This document shows positions 54,639 through 62,806 of a DNA stretch of 64,000 bases, one piece after another. Below the pieces are notes generated by a model, which was not told the DNA's origin, ran no database searches, and saw only the letters and a list, made by a program, of their open reading frames with translations. The stretch's first letter is position 1. Every line of letters starts with the position of its first letter. A program made the translations under genes and the position numbers. Origin of the DNA: an uncultured Acidobacteriota bacterium (lineage in GTDB: Bacteria; Acidobacteriota; Vicinamibacteria; Vicinamibacterales; JAFNAJ01). Where the stretch lies: positions 1,476,697 through 1,540,696 of the forward strand of contig CAVONI010000011.1 in NCBI GenBank assembly GCA_963697285.1. Reading direction: 5' to 3'.

Positions 54639-56060
54639 CTACGGTGTCAGCGTCGGTCGGCGCAAGTGCCAGTCGGTGGTTGACTGGTAGCGATGTCCGA
54701 CGGCAATGAGCGTCTCTTCCTCGAAAGGCCTCGCGACGAACTGCACGCCGATCGGCATGCCGGCGGCGGTGAACCCGCACGGAAGTGACATGGCCGGACT
54801 GCCCGTCAGGTTGAACGGCGCGGTGTAGGCCGCACCGTGTGAGAAGCTGCCCTTCCTGACCTTGACGTCGGCGCCGTCGGCTGCGTAGTTGCCGCCATCG
54901 GGCGTCGCGGGCGTCACTGGCAGCACGAGCACGTCGGCGTGTTCGAAGACCGCCCGCAGTTCTCCCGTGATGAGCGCGCGCGCCTGCTGTCCTCGCAGGT
55001 AGTCATGCGTCGTGAGGAATCCGCCGCGTGCGATGTTCCGGAAGGCGGCGCCGTACTGCGCCCGGTGTTCACGCATCCTCTCGAAGTGGTGATGGAAGGC
55101 CTCGACACGCATGATGGTCTGGTAGCCAGCCGCGCACGCGTACGTAAGGTGAGGCACCGTCACCTCTGACGACGACATTCCGAGCGAACGGAGCACGTCC
55201 ACGACGCGCGAGACGGCCGCCTGCACGTCGGCCTGCGCGCCCACAGCATCCACGTACGCCGTGCACGTGCCCACGCGAAGCCCCCGCACCGATCGCGTCG
55301 TCGCACGTGAGTAGGCGGCGGCTGGGCGTTGGCTGCTCGACGGGTCGCTCGCCTCGAACCCTGCGATCGCCTCGAGCACCAGCGCGGCGTCCATGACGTC
55401 GCGCGCGATCGGGCCGAGCACGTCCATCGAGTAGCTGAGCGCGACGATGCCCGAGCGCCCCACCCGGCCGTACGTGGGCGACAACCCCGTGACGCCGCAG
55501 AACGCCGACGGGATGCGGATCGAACCACCCGAATCGCTACCAATCGACGCCATGGCGAGGCCGGCGGCGGCATGCGCCGCCGAGCCACTGCTCGACCCGC
55601 CCGCAGACAGCTCACGGTTCCATGGATTGCGCACGGCCGGCACGAAGGGGTCGGTACTCGCACCTCCGGCAAACGTGAACTCCGACAGCGAGGCCTTCCC
55701 GAGGATGATCGCCCCGGCGGCCCGCAATCGTGTCACGACCGTTGCGTCTGCATCGGGCACCCAGTCCTTCAGCACGCGCGAGGCTGCGGTCGTCCGCACA
55801 CCTGCGGTGGCGATGTTGTCCTTGACGCTCAGGGGAATACCGAACAGCGGCCCCCGCGTGTCTCGAGAGCGCCGCTGTTCGGTCGCCTCGCGAGCCTGCT
55901 TCAGCGCAAGGTCGCGCGTCACGGTGATGTAGCTGGAGAGTGACGGGTCGAGGGCGTCGATGCGCGCGAGATGGGCTTCGGTCAACTCCAGCGGCGACAG
56001 GCGGCCCTTCTGGATCAGCGCAGACGCCTCGGCGATCGACAGGAAACAGGGATCGCTCAT
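54639..56060 (-). CDS. Amidase-signature (AS) family amidase, no signal peptide
   Basis: Blocks GGSSSGSAA and GSDSGGSIRIPS are present. 473 aa. The ATG overlaps the upstream stop (ATGA at 56057-56060). Confidence 0.9.
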   Translation of the reverse strand: MSDPCFLSIAEASALIQKGRLSPLELTEAHLARIDALDPSLSSYITVTRDLALKQAREATEQRRSRDTRGPLFGIPLSVKDNIATAGVRTTAASRVLKDWVPDADATVVTRLRAAGAIILGKASLSEFTFAGGASTDPFVPAVRNPWNRELSAGGSSSGSAAHAAAGLAMASIGSDSGGSIRIPSAFCGVTGLSPTYGRVGRSGIVALSYSMDVLGPIARDVMDAALVLEAIAGFEASDPSSSQRPAAAYSRATTRSVRGLRVGTCTAYVDAVGAQADVQAAVSRVVDVLRSLGMSSSEVTVPHLTYACAAGYQTIMRVEAFHHHFERMREHRAQYGAAFRNIARGGFLTTHDYLRGQQARALITGELRAVFEHADVLVLPVTPATPDGGNYAADGADVKVRKGSFSHGAAYTAPFNLTGSPAMSLPCGFTAAGMPIGVQFVARPFEEETLIAVGHRYQSTTDWHLRRPTLTP

Positions 56061-56353
56061 CGCTCACCCTCGCCAGGCGCAAACCTGAAGGCGGGGTTGA
56101 CCGTGTCGAGCGGGAGTTCCGCGAGCCAGGCGGCTTCACGCAAGACGGGCTGAGCGAACGCCTCGAGGTCGGCGCGCGTCGCAGGATCGAGGCCGAGCGC
56201 ATCGATCGCCAACTGCGCCCGCTGGTCCCGTGCCGCCGACACGGTCTCTTGCGCACGGACGACAGCGCTGGGCGACGAAAGGGCACCCGCGGTCAGCGTC
56301 GAGGCGAGAAACCTGCGGCGCGAGAGACCTCCGGATCGTCTTCGCATGGTCAC
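56057..56353 (-). CDS. Small TAT-signal protein translationally coupled to the amidase (possible GatC/AtzG-like accessory subunit)
   Basis: 98 aa. N-terminus LSRRRFLASTLTAGALSSPSAVVRA-QE is a twin-arginine signal. The C-terminal ...LAELPLDTVNPAFRFAP loosely recalls the GatC C-terminus. Confidence 0.55.
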   Translation of the reverse strand: MTMRRRSGGLSRRRFLASTLTAGALSSPSAVVRAQETVSAARDQRAQLAIDALGLDPATRADLEAFAQPVLREAAWLAELPLDTVNPAFRFAPGEGER

Positions 56354-56366
56354 CTCTGACGTGGCG

Positions 56367-57845
56367 TCAGCGAAGCACCAGCTTTGCCAGCGGATATCCG
56401 ACGAACGCCAGTAACAACGCGTGGAGGACGACCAGAATCGCCCCGTGGCGAATCATCGTGCCCACCCTGAGATAACCCGACCCCGCGACGATGGCGTTGG
56501 TGGTCGTCCCCGACGGCAGGAGGTAGGCGAGCGATGCCCCGATGCCGAGCACCACGCCGAGGGCCACGGGATCAGCCACGCCGAGGCTCCGCGACAGCGT
56601 GATGCCCAGCGGCAGGAAGATCGCCAACGTGACCATGTTCGAGATGAGGCTGGTCACGAACACGACGCCCACCGACATCGCCAGGACGAAGGCGTACTCC
56701 GAGAGGCCGCTGAGCGCAGGTCGTAGCACGGCCTGGACGTATGCGGGTAGTCCGGTGGCTTCTTCGCCCACGGCCGTGCCGAGCCCCATGACGCCGCCAA
56801 TGAAGATCACCAGGCCCCAGTCGACGCCCTGCATCCACTCGGGCCACGTGAGGACATAGCGGCGCGCCGGATCACGCACGGGAATCAGGCACATGGCGAT
56901 GGGCACCAGCAGTGCAGGAACCGACATGTGCAGGTTCCGCTGGATCGCCGCCGCCGTACCTGCAGGCAGCGTGTAGCGGGCGATATCGGGAATGAACCAC
57001 AGCACGATGGCCACCGCGAACCATGACACCGCCCAGCGCTCGGCCACCGGCATCGGGCCGAGCAGGTGTCGTTCGTGCGAGATGAACGCACTCATGTCGG
57101 GCCGCTCGAACGCGTTCCCCTTGCCGACGACGACGAAACGGAAGACGAGCAGTGCGGTCACCGTGAAGATGACGGCGAGCACGGTCCCGATGACGGTCCA
57201 CTGCAGGAACGTCACGGTGACGCCAGTCGCCGACGCGATCAGGCCAATGGCCGCGGCGTTGCTCCCGTTGCCGACGGGCGTCGCGATGCCTCCGATGTTC
57301 GAGGCCCAGGCGATCCCGAGCGTGTTGGCTTCGACAAGCGGATCGTCGTGCGCGACGTCCAGCATCCGGTAGATCTTCAACGCCAGCGAGAGCCAGATCA
57401 CCGCGACGACGGTGTTGGCCATGAACGCACTCATGAGGGTCGCCGAGGCGAGGAACATCAGCAGGAAGCGATGCGCATGGCCGCGTGCCCAGGGTTGGTC
57501 GAGGAACACGAGAGCGAAGCGTCGGTTGACACCCGTCGTCTCGAGCGCGGCGGCGAGCCCGAATGATCCGATAACGAACCAGAGCACCCAGGTACTCGAA
57601 TGCGCGAACGCGCCGTTGACCGTCAGGGCCCCGATGCCTACACCAATGCCGAGCATCGCAAGCGTCGTCATGGCCAGCGGAAGCGGCGTCGCCAGCCACC
57701 AGATGATCGCCAGGGCGAGCAGGCCGATGCGGGCCATCCCCAGTTCGGTGATTGGTGCCGGCGCCGGCAGCGCGAGCATAATCGCGAGCGCCGCAAGGCC
57801 GCCGACGAGGCCCGCGACGTGGCGAGCCGACAGCGTCGGCGTCAC
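56367..57845 (-). CDS. DASS/SLC13-type (ArsB/NhaD superfamily) anion permease
   Basis: The GTG start overlaps the upstream stop (GTGA). About 12-14 TM helices and repeated hairpin-like blocks typical of divalent anion:Na+ symporters. Called at family level only. Confidence 0.7.
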   Translation of the reverse strand: MTPTLSARHVAGLVGGLAALAIMLALPAPAPITELGMARIGLLALAIIWWLATPLPLAMTTLAMLGIGVGIGALTVNGAFAHSSTWVLWFVIGSFGLAAALETTGVNRRFALVFLDQPWARGHAHRFLLMFLASATLMSAFMANTVVAVIWLSLALKIYRMLDVAHDDPLVEANTLGIAWASNIGGIATPVGNGSNAAAIGLIASATGVTVTFLQWTVIGTVLAVIFTVTALLVFRFVVVGKGNAFERPDMSAFISHERHLLGPMPVAERWAVSWFAVAIVLWFIPDIARYTLPAGTAAAIQRNLHMSVPALLVPIAMCLIPVRDPARRYVLTWPEWMQGVDWGLVIFIGGVMGLGTAVGEEATGLPAYVQAVLRPALSGLSEYAFVLAMSVGVVFVTSLISNMVTLAIFLPLGITLSRSLGVADPVALGVVLGIGASLAYLLPSGTTTNAIVAGSGYLRVGTMIRHGAILVVLHALLLAFVGYPLAKLVLR

Positions 57846-58759
57846 GCGCGCGCGCCTTCCCAGCGGAACGCCAGCAAGTCGAGTGATGATCGGAGTGTTC
57901 GGACTTCTGCAATGTCGGCGGCCTCGAGGGTGCGGGTCGGGTGTCGCACACGTGCCGACGCGATGATGCCGGCATCGCACAGGTTCTGCTTCATCACGGC
58001 CACGCCCATGCCCGGCTGCAGCTCGTAGCGAATCAGGGGCAGCATCTGCGTGAACCGGGCACGCGCCGTCTCGGCGTCACCGGCGTTCCACGCATCCCAC
58101 ACGGCGACGAACAGGTCGGTCATGTCGCCGCCCGGCATCGTGCCGACCGCTCCGCGCGCGAGTTCCTCGACCAGGAAGTTCCCGTTCAATCCGCCGAACA
58201 GGACCAGCCCGTCCCCGGCGAGGGCCCGCAACTTCGAAATCTTCGCTGACGTGGGCGGAGCCTCGACCTTCACGAGGTTCGTGCGTCCCAGCTCGCGGCC
58301 CATGCGTGCCAGCAGGTCAGGCCCCATCGGCACCTGCGTCATCAGCGGGGCGTCCTGCACCATGATCGGAATCGTCACGGCGGCGGCAATCGCCGCAAAG
58401 TACTGGTACACGCCCTCGGCATCCGGCTTGAGCAGGTACGGCGGCATCACCATGAGCGCCGAGGCACCCGCAGCCTCGGCTTCGCGGCTGAGCGCCACGG
58501 CCACGTCGGTGCCGGTGTGACCGCTGCTGACCACGACCGGCACGCGACCGTCGACCTCGTCGAGGATGACGCGGAGGAGTTGACGCCGCTCGTCCTCGCC
58601 GAGGGTGTATCCCTCGCTCGCGTTGCCGAACAGGCCGAGCCCGTGCGCGCCGCAGTCGATGAGAAAGCGCACGAGTCGCCGCTGGCTGTCGAGGTCGACG
58701 CGGCCGTCGTCGTGGAACGTGGTGTTGACGATGGGAAAGACACCGGCAAAGGTCGTCAT
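57842..58759 (-). CDS. Dihydrodipicolinate synthase/N-acetylneuraminate lyase-family enzyme
   Basis: 305 aa. Blocks GLFGNASEGYTLGEDERRQLL, VVVSSGHTGT and LVKVEAP (candidate Schiff-base Lys). The ATG overlaps the gntR stop by 4 bp. Confidence 0.8.
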   Translation of the reverse strand: MTTFAGVFPIVNTTFHDDGRVDLDSQRRLVRFLIDCGAHGLGLFGNASEGYTLGEDERRQLLRVILDEVDGRVPVVVSSGHTGTDVAVALSREAEAAGASALMVMPPYLLKPDAEGVYQYFAAIAAAVTIPIMVQDAPLMTQVPMGPDLLARMGRELGRTNLVKVEAPPTSAKISKLRALAGDGLVLFGGLNGNFLVEELARGAVGTMPGGDMTDLFVAVWDAWNAGDAETARARFTQMLPLIRYELQPGMGVAVMKQNLCDAGIIASARVRHPTRTLEAADIAEVRTLRSSLDLLAFRWEGARA

Positions 58760-59481
58760 CGCGAACGAAGCTCCTGGATCGAAGGATTCGGGGACTCGGC
58801 CGCGTCGGCCTCGTCGCGTGCCGCCACCGCGCGCAGGTCGCGCACGAGCGAGTCGGCGGCGCGTAGGATGTGCTGGCGCAACGCCTCGACCACGCCGTCG
58901 CGATCGCGGTTGATGAACCCGTTGACGATGGCGACGTGTTCGTCGTGTTCGGAGTGAAGCCGTGTCTTCCAGTCACCGCGACCGAGGTGGATGCGCGCGA
59001 TCTGGATGTGCGCATCGAGGCTCTCGTACATGTCGGTCAGGCGCCGGCTGCCGGCGAGCGCGACGATGCGCTTGTGGAACTCGATGTTGCTGGTGGCGTG
59101 CGCCTCGTCATCGGTGCCCTGGGCAATCGCGTCGGCCAGGCTGCGCAGGCGGTCGATGTCGTCCGGACTGATGCGATCGAGTGCCTTCTCGGCCGCCAGG
59201 CATTCGAGAGCGCACCGAAGTTCGAACGTCTCCGCGACATCCTCTGGCGACATCGCCGTGACGTAGGTGCCGCTGCGAGGACGGATCTCGATCAGGGCCT
59301 CGGCCTCCAGGCGCGTCAGGGCGTCCTTGACCGGCGTGAGGCTGACGCCGAGCTGCAGTGCGAGGTCCTGGACGTTGAGGCGCTCGCCGGGCGCGAACGA
59401 CCGCGAGAGGATGGCCGTGCGCAGGGCCTGATAGACCGAGTCGCTGGCGCGCTGGCGAAGGAGCGAGGGCAGTCGGGACAT
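58756..59481 (-). CDS. GntR-family transcriptional regulator (FadR/FCD subfamily)
   Basis: N-terminal winged HTH (VYQALRTAILSRSFAPGERLNVQDLALQLGVSLTPVKDAL) and an all-helical C-terminal FCD-like domain. Confidence 0.85.
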   Translation of the reverse strand: MSRLPSLLRQRASDSVYQALRTAILSRSFAPGERLNVQDLALQLGVSLTPVKDALTRLEAEALIEIRPRSGTYVTAMSPEDVAETFELRCALECLAAEKALDRISPDDIDRLRSLADAIAQGTDDEAHATSNIEFHKRIVALAGSRRLTDMYESLDAHIQIARIHLGRGDWKTRLHSEHDEHVAIVNGFINRDRDGVVEALRQHILRAADSLVRDLRAVAARDEADAAESPNPSIQELRSR

Positions 59482-59537
59482 GACCGGGGCGGAGCTTAGC
59501 GCAACTTCTCTGAAACTTCAAATCTGAAATTTTTTAC

Positions 59538-59566
59538 TTTACATCTCAGGCTGACGTTCCTATGAT
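59538..59566 (+). promoter_or_regulatory. Sigma70-like promoter candidate for the TonB receptor gene
   Basis: TTTACA, a 17-nt spacer, then TATGAT. It sits in an AT-rich island (59506-59566) that also has direct repeats TCTGAAACTT/TCTGAAATTT, about 80 bp upstream of the ATG at 59649. It is divergent from gntR. Confidence 0.4.
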
Positions 59567-59648
59567 GCCTCGGCATCTCGCTCTGACCTGATTCGTGACG
59601 CGCGGGCCCCGCTAACCGCTTCCCAGATTCCCCTTGGAGTACCGGTCG

Positions 59649-62600
59649 ATGCTTCCTCACCCTCACCTCACTCGCTGGATCGCCTGCCTCGTCCTCACGG
59701 GCGCGGTCGTCGCGGCCTCTGCCCAGGGGCTGCAGACCACCGTGCTCGGCGTCGTCCGCGACTCGACGGGCGGCGTCGTGCCCGGTGCCACCGTCGTGGT
59801 CACCAATCGCAGCACCGGCGTCAGCCGGACGGTGATCACCGATGCGACGGGGACCTACACCGTCACGGCCCTGATTGCCGGCGCCTACGACGTGTCGGCG
59901 GAACTGTCGGGCTTCAAGACATCGGTGCGCCAGAACGTGCCCGTGCAGAACGACACCTCGGTGCGCGTCGACTTCGAGCTCGCCGTCGGTGACGTCGGCG
60001 AGACCATCCAGGTCGCGGCGCCGCTCGACACCCGCATCCTGCGCACCGAGGACGCGTCGCTCGGCTCGGTGCTGTCGGAGGCCCAGGTGCAGGGCCTGCC
60101 CGTGAAGAACCGCAACTTCATGGCGCTGGCGCAACTCGTGCCCGGCGCGACCCAATCGCTCGAAGGCAACCAGAACACCCTGGGACGGTCGCAGCCCCTC
60201 AACCTGTCGGTGCACGGGCAGCGCCACTTCGACAACAATGTCCGCCTCGACGGCGTCAGCATCATCAACGGCTTCGCTAACGGCAGCACCTTCATCCCCT
60301 CGCTCGAGTCGCTCAAGGAAGTCAGCGTCCAGACCGGGCAGTACGGCGCCGCCTATGGCATGTACTCGGGCGCGCAGGTCGACATGGTCGTCAAGTCGGG
60401 GCAGAACACGCCCCATGGCAGCGGCTTCGTCTACAACCGCGACGACAGGTGGAACGCCCGGCGCTACTTCGACGCCACGGCTCCGCCGCCGTTCGACTTC
60501 TACCAGTTCGGTGCCACGATCGGCGCGCCCATCGTGCGCAACCGCACCTTCTTCTTCTTCGGCTACGAGGGCACGCGCAGCAATCGCGAGACGACCGGCC
60601 AGGCCACCACGGCCCCGGACGCCTTCCGGCGCGGCGACTTCTCGTCACTGAGCACCCCGATTCGCGATCCGTACACGGGGCAGCCCTTCCCCGGCAACAT
60701 CATCCCCACCAATCGACTCGCGTCGCAGGCGCAGAAACTGCTCCAGTACGTCCCCCTGCCAACCCGCAGCGGCCTGGCCAACAACTACGTGGCCACCTCG
60801 TCGACCGACGAAACCGAGAACCAGTACTTCGGCCGCCTCGATCACCAGTGGAACGACAAGACGTCACTGTTTGCGCGCGTCGCGGTGCGCAAGGCGAACA
60901 TCGACACGATCCAGCTGAACCCGAATTTCGCGAGCTTCGGCCAGCCCGAGAACGAGAACTACGTGCTCGCGATGACGCGCGCGATGACGAACCGATGGTT
61001 CCTCGATGCCCGCGCGTCGTTCTACCGTGAATCCACGCCCAACCAGACGGGCCGCGAAGGCGCCGACATCGATCCGCTGCGAGACTTCGGTATCAGCGGA
61101 TTGACGACCGAGGACCCGTTGCTTCGCGGCATCCCGACTGCCAGTATCAGCGGGTACATGGGGACGGGCGAGACGTTCGCAAACCCCAAGTTGCTGTACG
61201 AGAGCCCGGCGTTCAACGTGAACTCGGTCGTCGAGTTGCCGAATCACTCCGTGCGCTTCGGCCTCGAAGCCTTCAAGCGTCGCACCGACTTCTACTCGGT
61301 CAACGCGGCGAACCAGGGGTCGTTCACGTTCAACGGCCTGCTGACGGGCAATGCGTTCGCCGACTTCATGCTCGGCCTGCCCGACCAGACGTCGCGCATC
61401 CCGAACCTGGCACGCGCCGAACTCCGGCAGCCGCACTTCTACGCGTTCGTGCAAGACGACTGGCGGGCGACGCCGAACCTGACCGTCAACTTCGGCGTGC
61501 GGTACCAGTACGCGGGCTCGACCGAAGACAAGCTGGGCATCGCACGGAACCTGAACAGGGACACGGGGGAGTTCTTCCCGGAACCCGGCCAGTCGGGACC
61601 GCTGCACGACGACCATCACGACTTCGCGCCGCGCGTCAGCGCGACCTACCGGTGGAAGGAGAACACGGTCGTCCGCGCGGGCTACGGCATCTACTACACG
61701 CAGCCGACGGTCGCGAACATCGCGCTGATGTTCAGGAACCCGCCATACAACCGCCAGGACGTGTTCAATACCCTCAGGAGCAACCCGAACCTGACGCTGG
61801 CCAACGGGTTTCCTGCAGGCGGCGCCGCGGGACAATCGGCCACGCCGACGATCACGACCATTCCATGGGACTACGGCCCCGGCTACGCCCAGACGTGGAG
61901 CGCCAACCTGCAGCAGCGCCTGGCCGCTGGCTGGGTGGCCGAGGTCGGCTACGTGGGATCGCAGACGGTGGGTCTCGACAACGCATGGACCGACAACACG
62001 CCGCCGCCGGGGCCGGGCCCCGTGCAACCGCGCCGACCAGACCCCACGTTCGGCGACATCCGCGTGTTCGACACCGACGGCGAGGCCGAGTACAACGGCC
62101 TCCACCTGCGATTGCAGAACCTCGACTTCTACGGCGTCAACGTCCTGTCGAGCTACTCGTATTCGCGGTGCTACGACACGCGCAGTTCTCCGGCGACGAG
62201 CACGGTGGGCACCGAGGACCAGGAGCCCCAGAACCAATACGACCGCTTCGACGGCGAGTGGAGCCGGTGTGCGATCGACTTCCGCCACGTCGTGAAGTTC
62301 AACGCCGTCTACCGGCTGCCGTTCGGCGACGGCCTCACGGGCATCGCGCGCATGCTGGCCGCCGACTGGCAGGTGGGCATGGGGTTCAACATGAACACCG
62401 GCGGGCCCTTCAACGTCATCGTGAGCGGCAACCCCGCCAACACGTCGCGCGGCACGATCCGGCCGAACCTCACGGGCGACCCCGAGTTGCCGTCAGACGA
62501 GCGCACGGTCGAGCGATGGTTCAACACGGCCGCATTCTCGGCGCTGGCGCCCTTCACCTTCGGCAGTTCGCCGCGGAACTCCGTCGAGGCTCCGGGGCGG

Positions 62601-62798
62601 AAGATCGTCGACCTGAACATCCAGAAGAAGGTGACCGCCCGCGGCAAGGGACTCGAGTTCCGCCTCGATCTGTTCAACGCGTTCAACACGCCGCAATTCA
62701 ACACGCCGGGCCGGACGTTCGGCACGCCGGCCTTCGGGATCATCAGTTCCACGGGGCCGGCGCGCGAAATCCAGCTCGGCCTCCGCTTCACCTTCTAG
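59649..62798 (+). CDS. TonB-dependent receptor with carboxypeptidase-regulatory-like domain
   Basis: ATG at 59649 (the listed ORF starts at TTG 59634), followed by a signal peptide. Block LGVVRDSTGGVVPGATVVVTNRSTGVSRTVITDATGTYTV. The barrel ends REIQLGLRFTF. Confidence 0.85.
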   Translation: MLPHPHLTRWIACLVLTGAVVAASAQGLQTTVLGVVRDSTGGVVPGATVVVTNRSTGVSRTVITDATGTYTVTALIAGAYDVSAELSGFKTSVRQNVPVQNDTSVRVDFELAVGDVGETIQVAAPLDTRILRTEDASLGSVLSEAQVQGLPVKNRNFMALAQLVPGATQSLEGNQNTLGRSQPLNLSVHGQRHFDNNVRLDGVSIINGFANGSTFIPSLESLKEVSVQTGQYGAAYGMYSGAQVDMVVKSGQNTPHGSGFVYNRDDRWNARRYFDATAPPPFDFYQFGATIGAPIVRNRTFFFFGYEGTRSNRETTGQATTAPDAFRRGDFSSLSTPIRDPYTGQPFPGNIIPTNRLASQAQKLLQYVPLPTRSGLANNYVATSSTDETENQYFGRLDHQWNDKTSLFARVAVRKANIDTIQLNPNFASFGQPENENYVLAMTRAMTNRWFLDARASFYRESTPNQTGREGADIDPLRDFGISGLTTEDPLLRGIPTASISGYMGTGETFANPKLLYESPAFNVNSVVELPNHSVRFGLEAFKRRTDFYSVNAANQGSFTFNGLLTGNAFADFMLGLPDQTSRIPNLARAELRQPHFYAFVQDDWRATPNLTVNFGVRYQYAGSTEDKLGIARNLNRDTGEFFPEPGQSGPLHDDHHDFAPRVSATYRWKENTVVRAGYGIYYTQPTVANIALMFRNPPYNRQDVFNTLRSNPNLTLANGFPAGGAAGQSATPTITTIPWDYGPGYAQTWSANLQQRLAAGWVAEVGYVGSQTVGLDNAWTDNTPPPGPGPVQPRRPDPTFGDIRVFDTDGEAEYNGLHLRLQNLDFYGVNVLSSYSYSRCYDTRSSPATSTVGTEDQEPQNQYDRFDGEWSRCAIDFRHVVKFNAVYRLPFGDGLTGIARMLAADWQVGMGFNMNTGGPFNVIVSGNPANTSRGTIRPNLTGDPELPSDERTVERWFNTAAFSALAPFTFGSSPRNSVEAPGRKIVDLNIQKKVTARGKGLEFRLDLFNAFNTPQFNTPGRTFGTPAFGIISSTGPAREIQLGLRFTF

Positions 62799-62806
62799 GT
62801 CCACAC

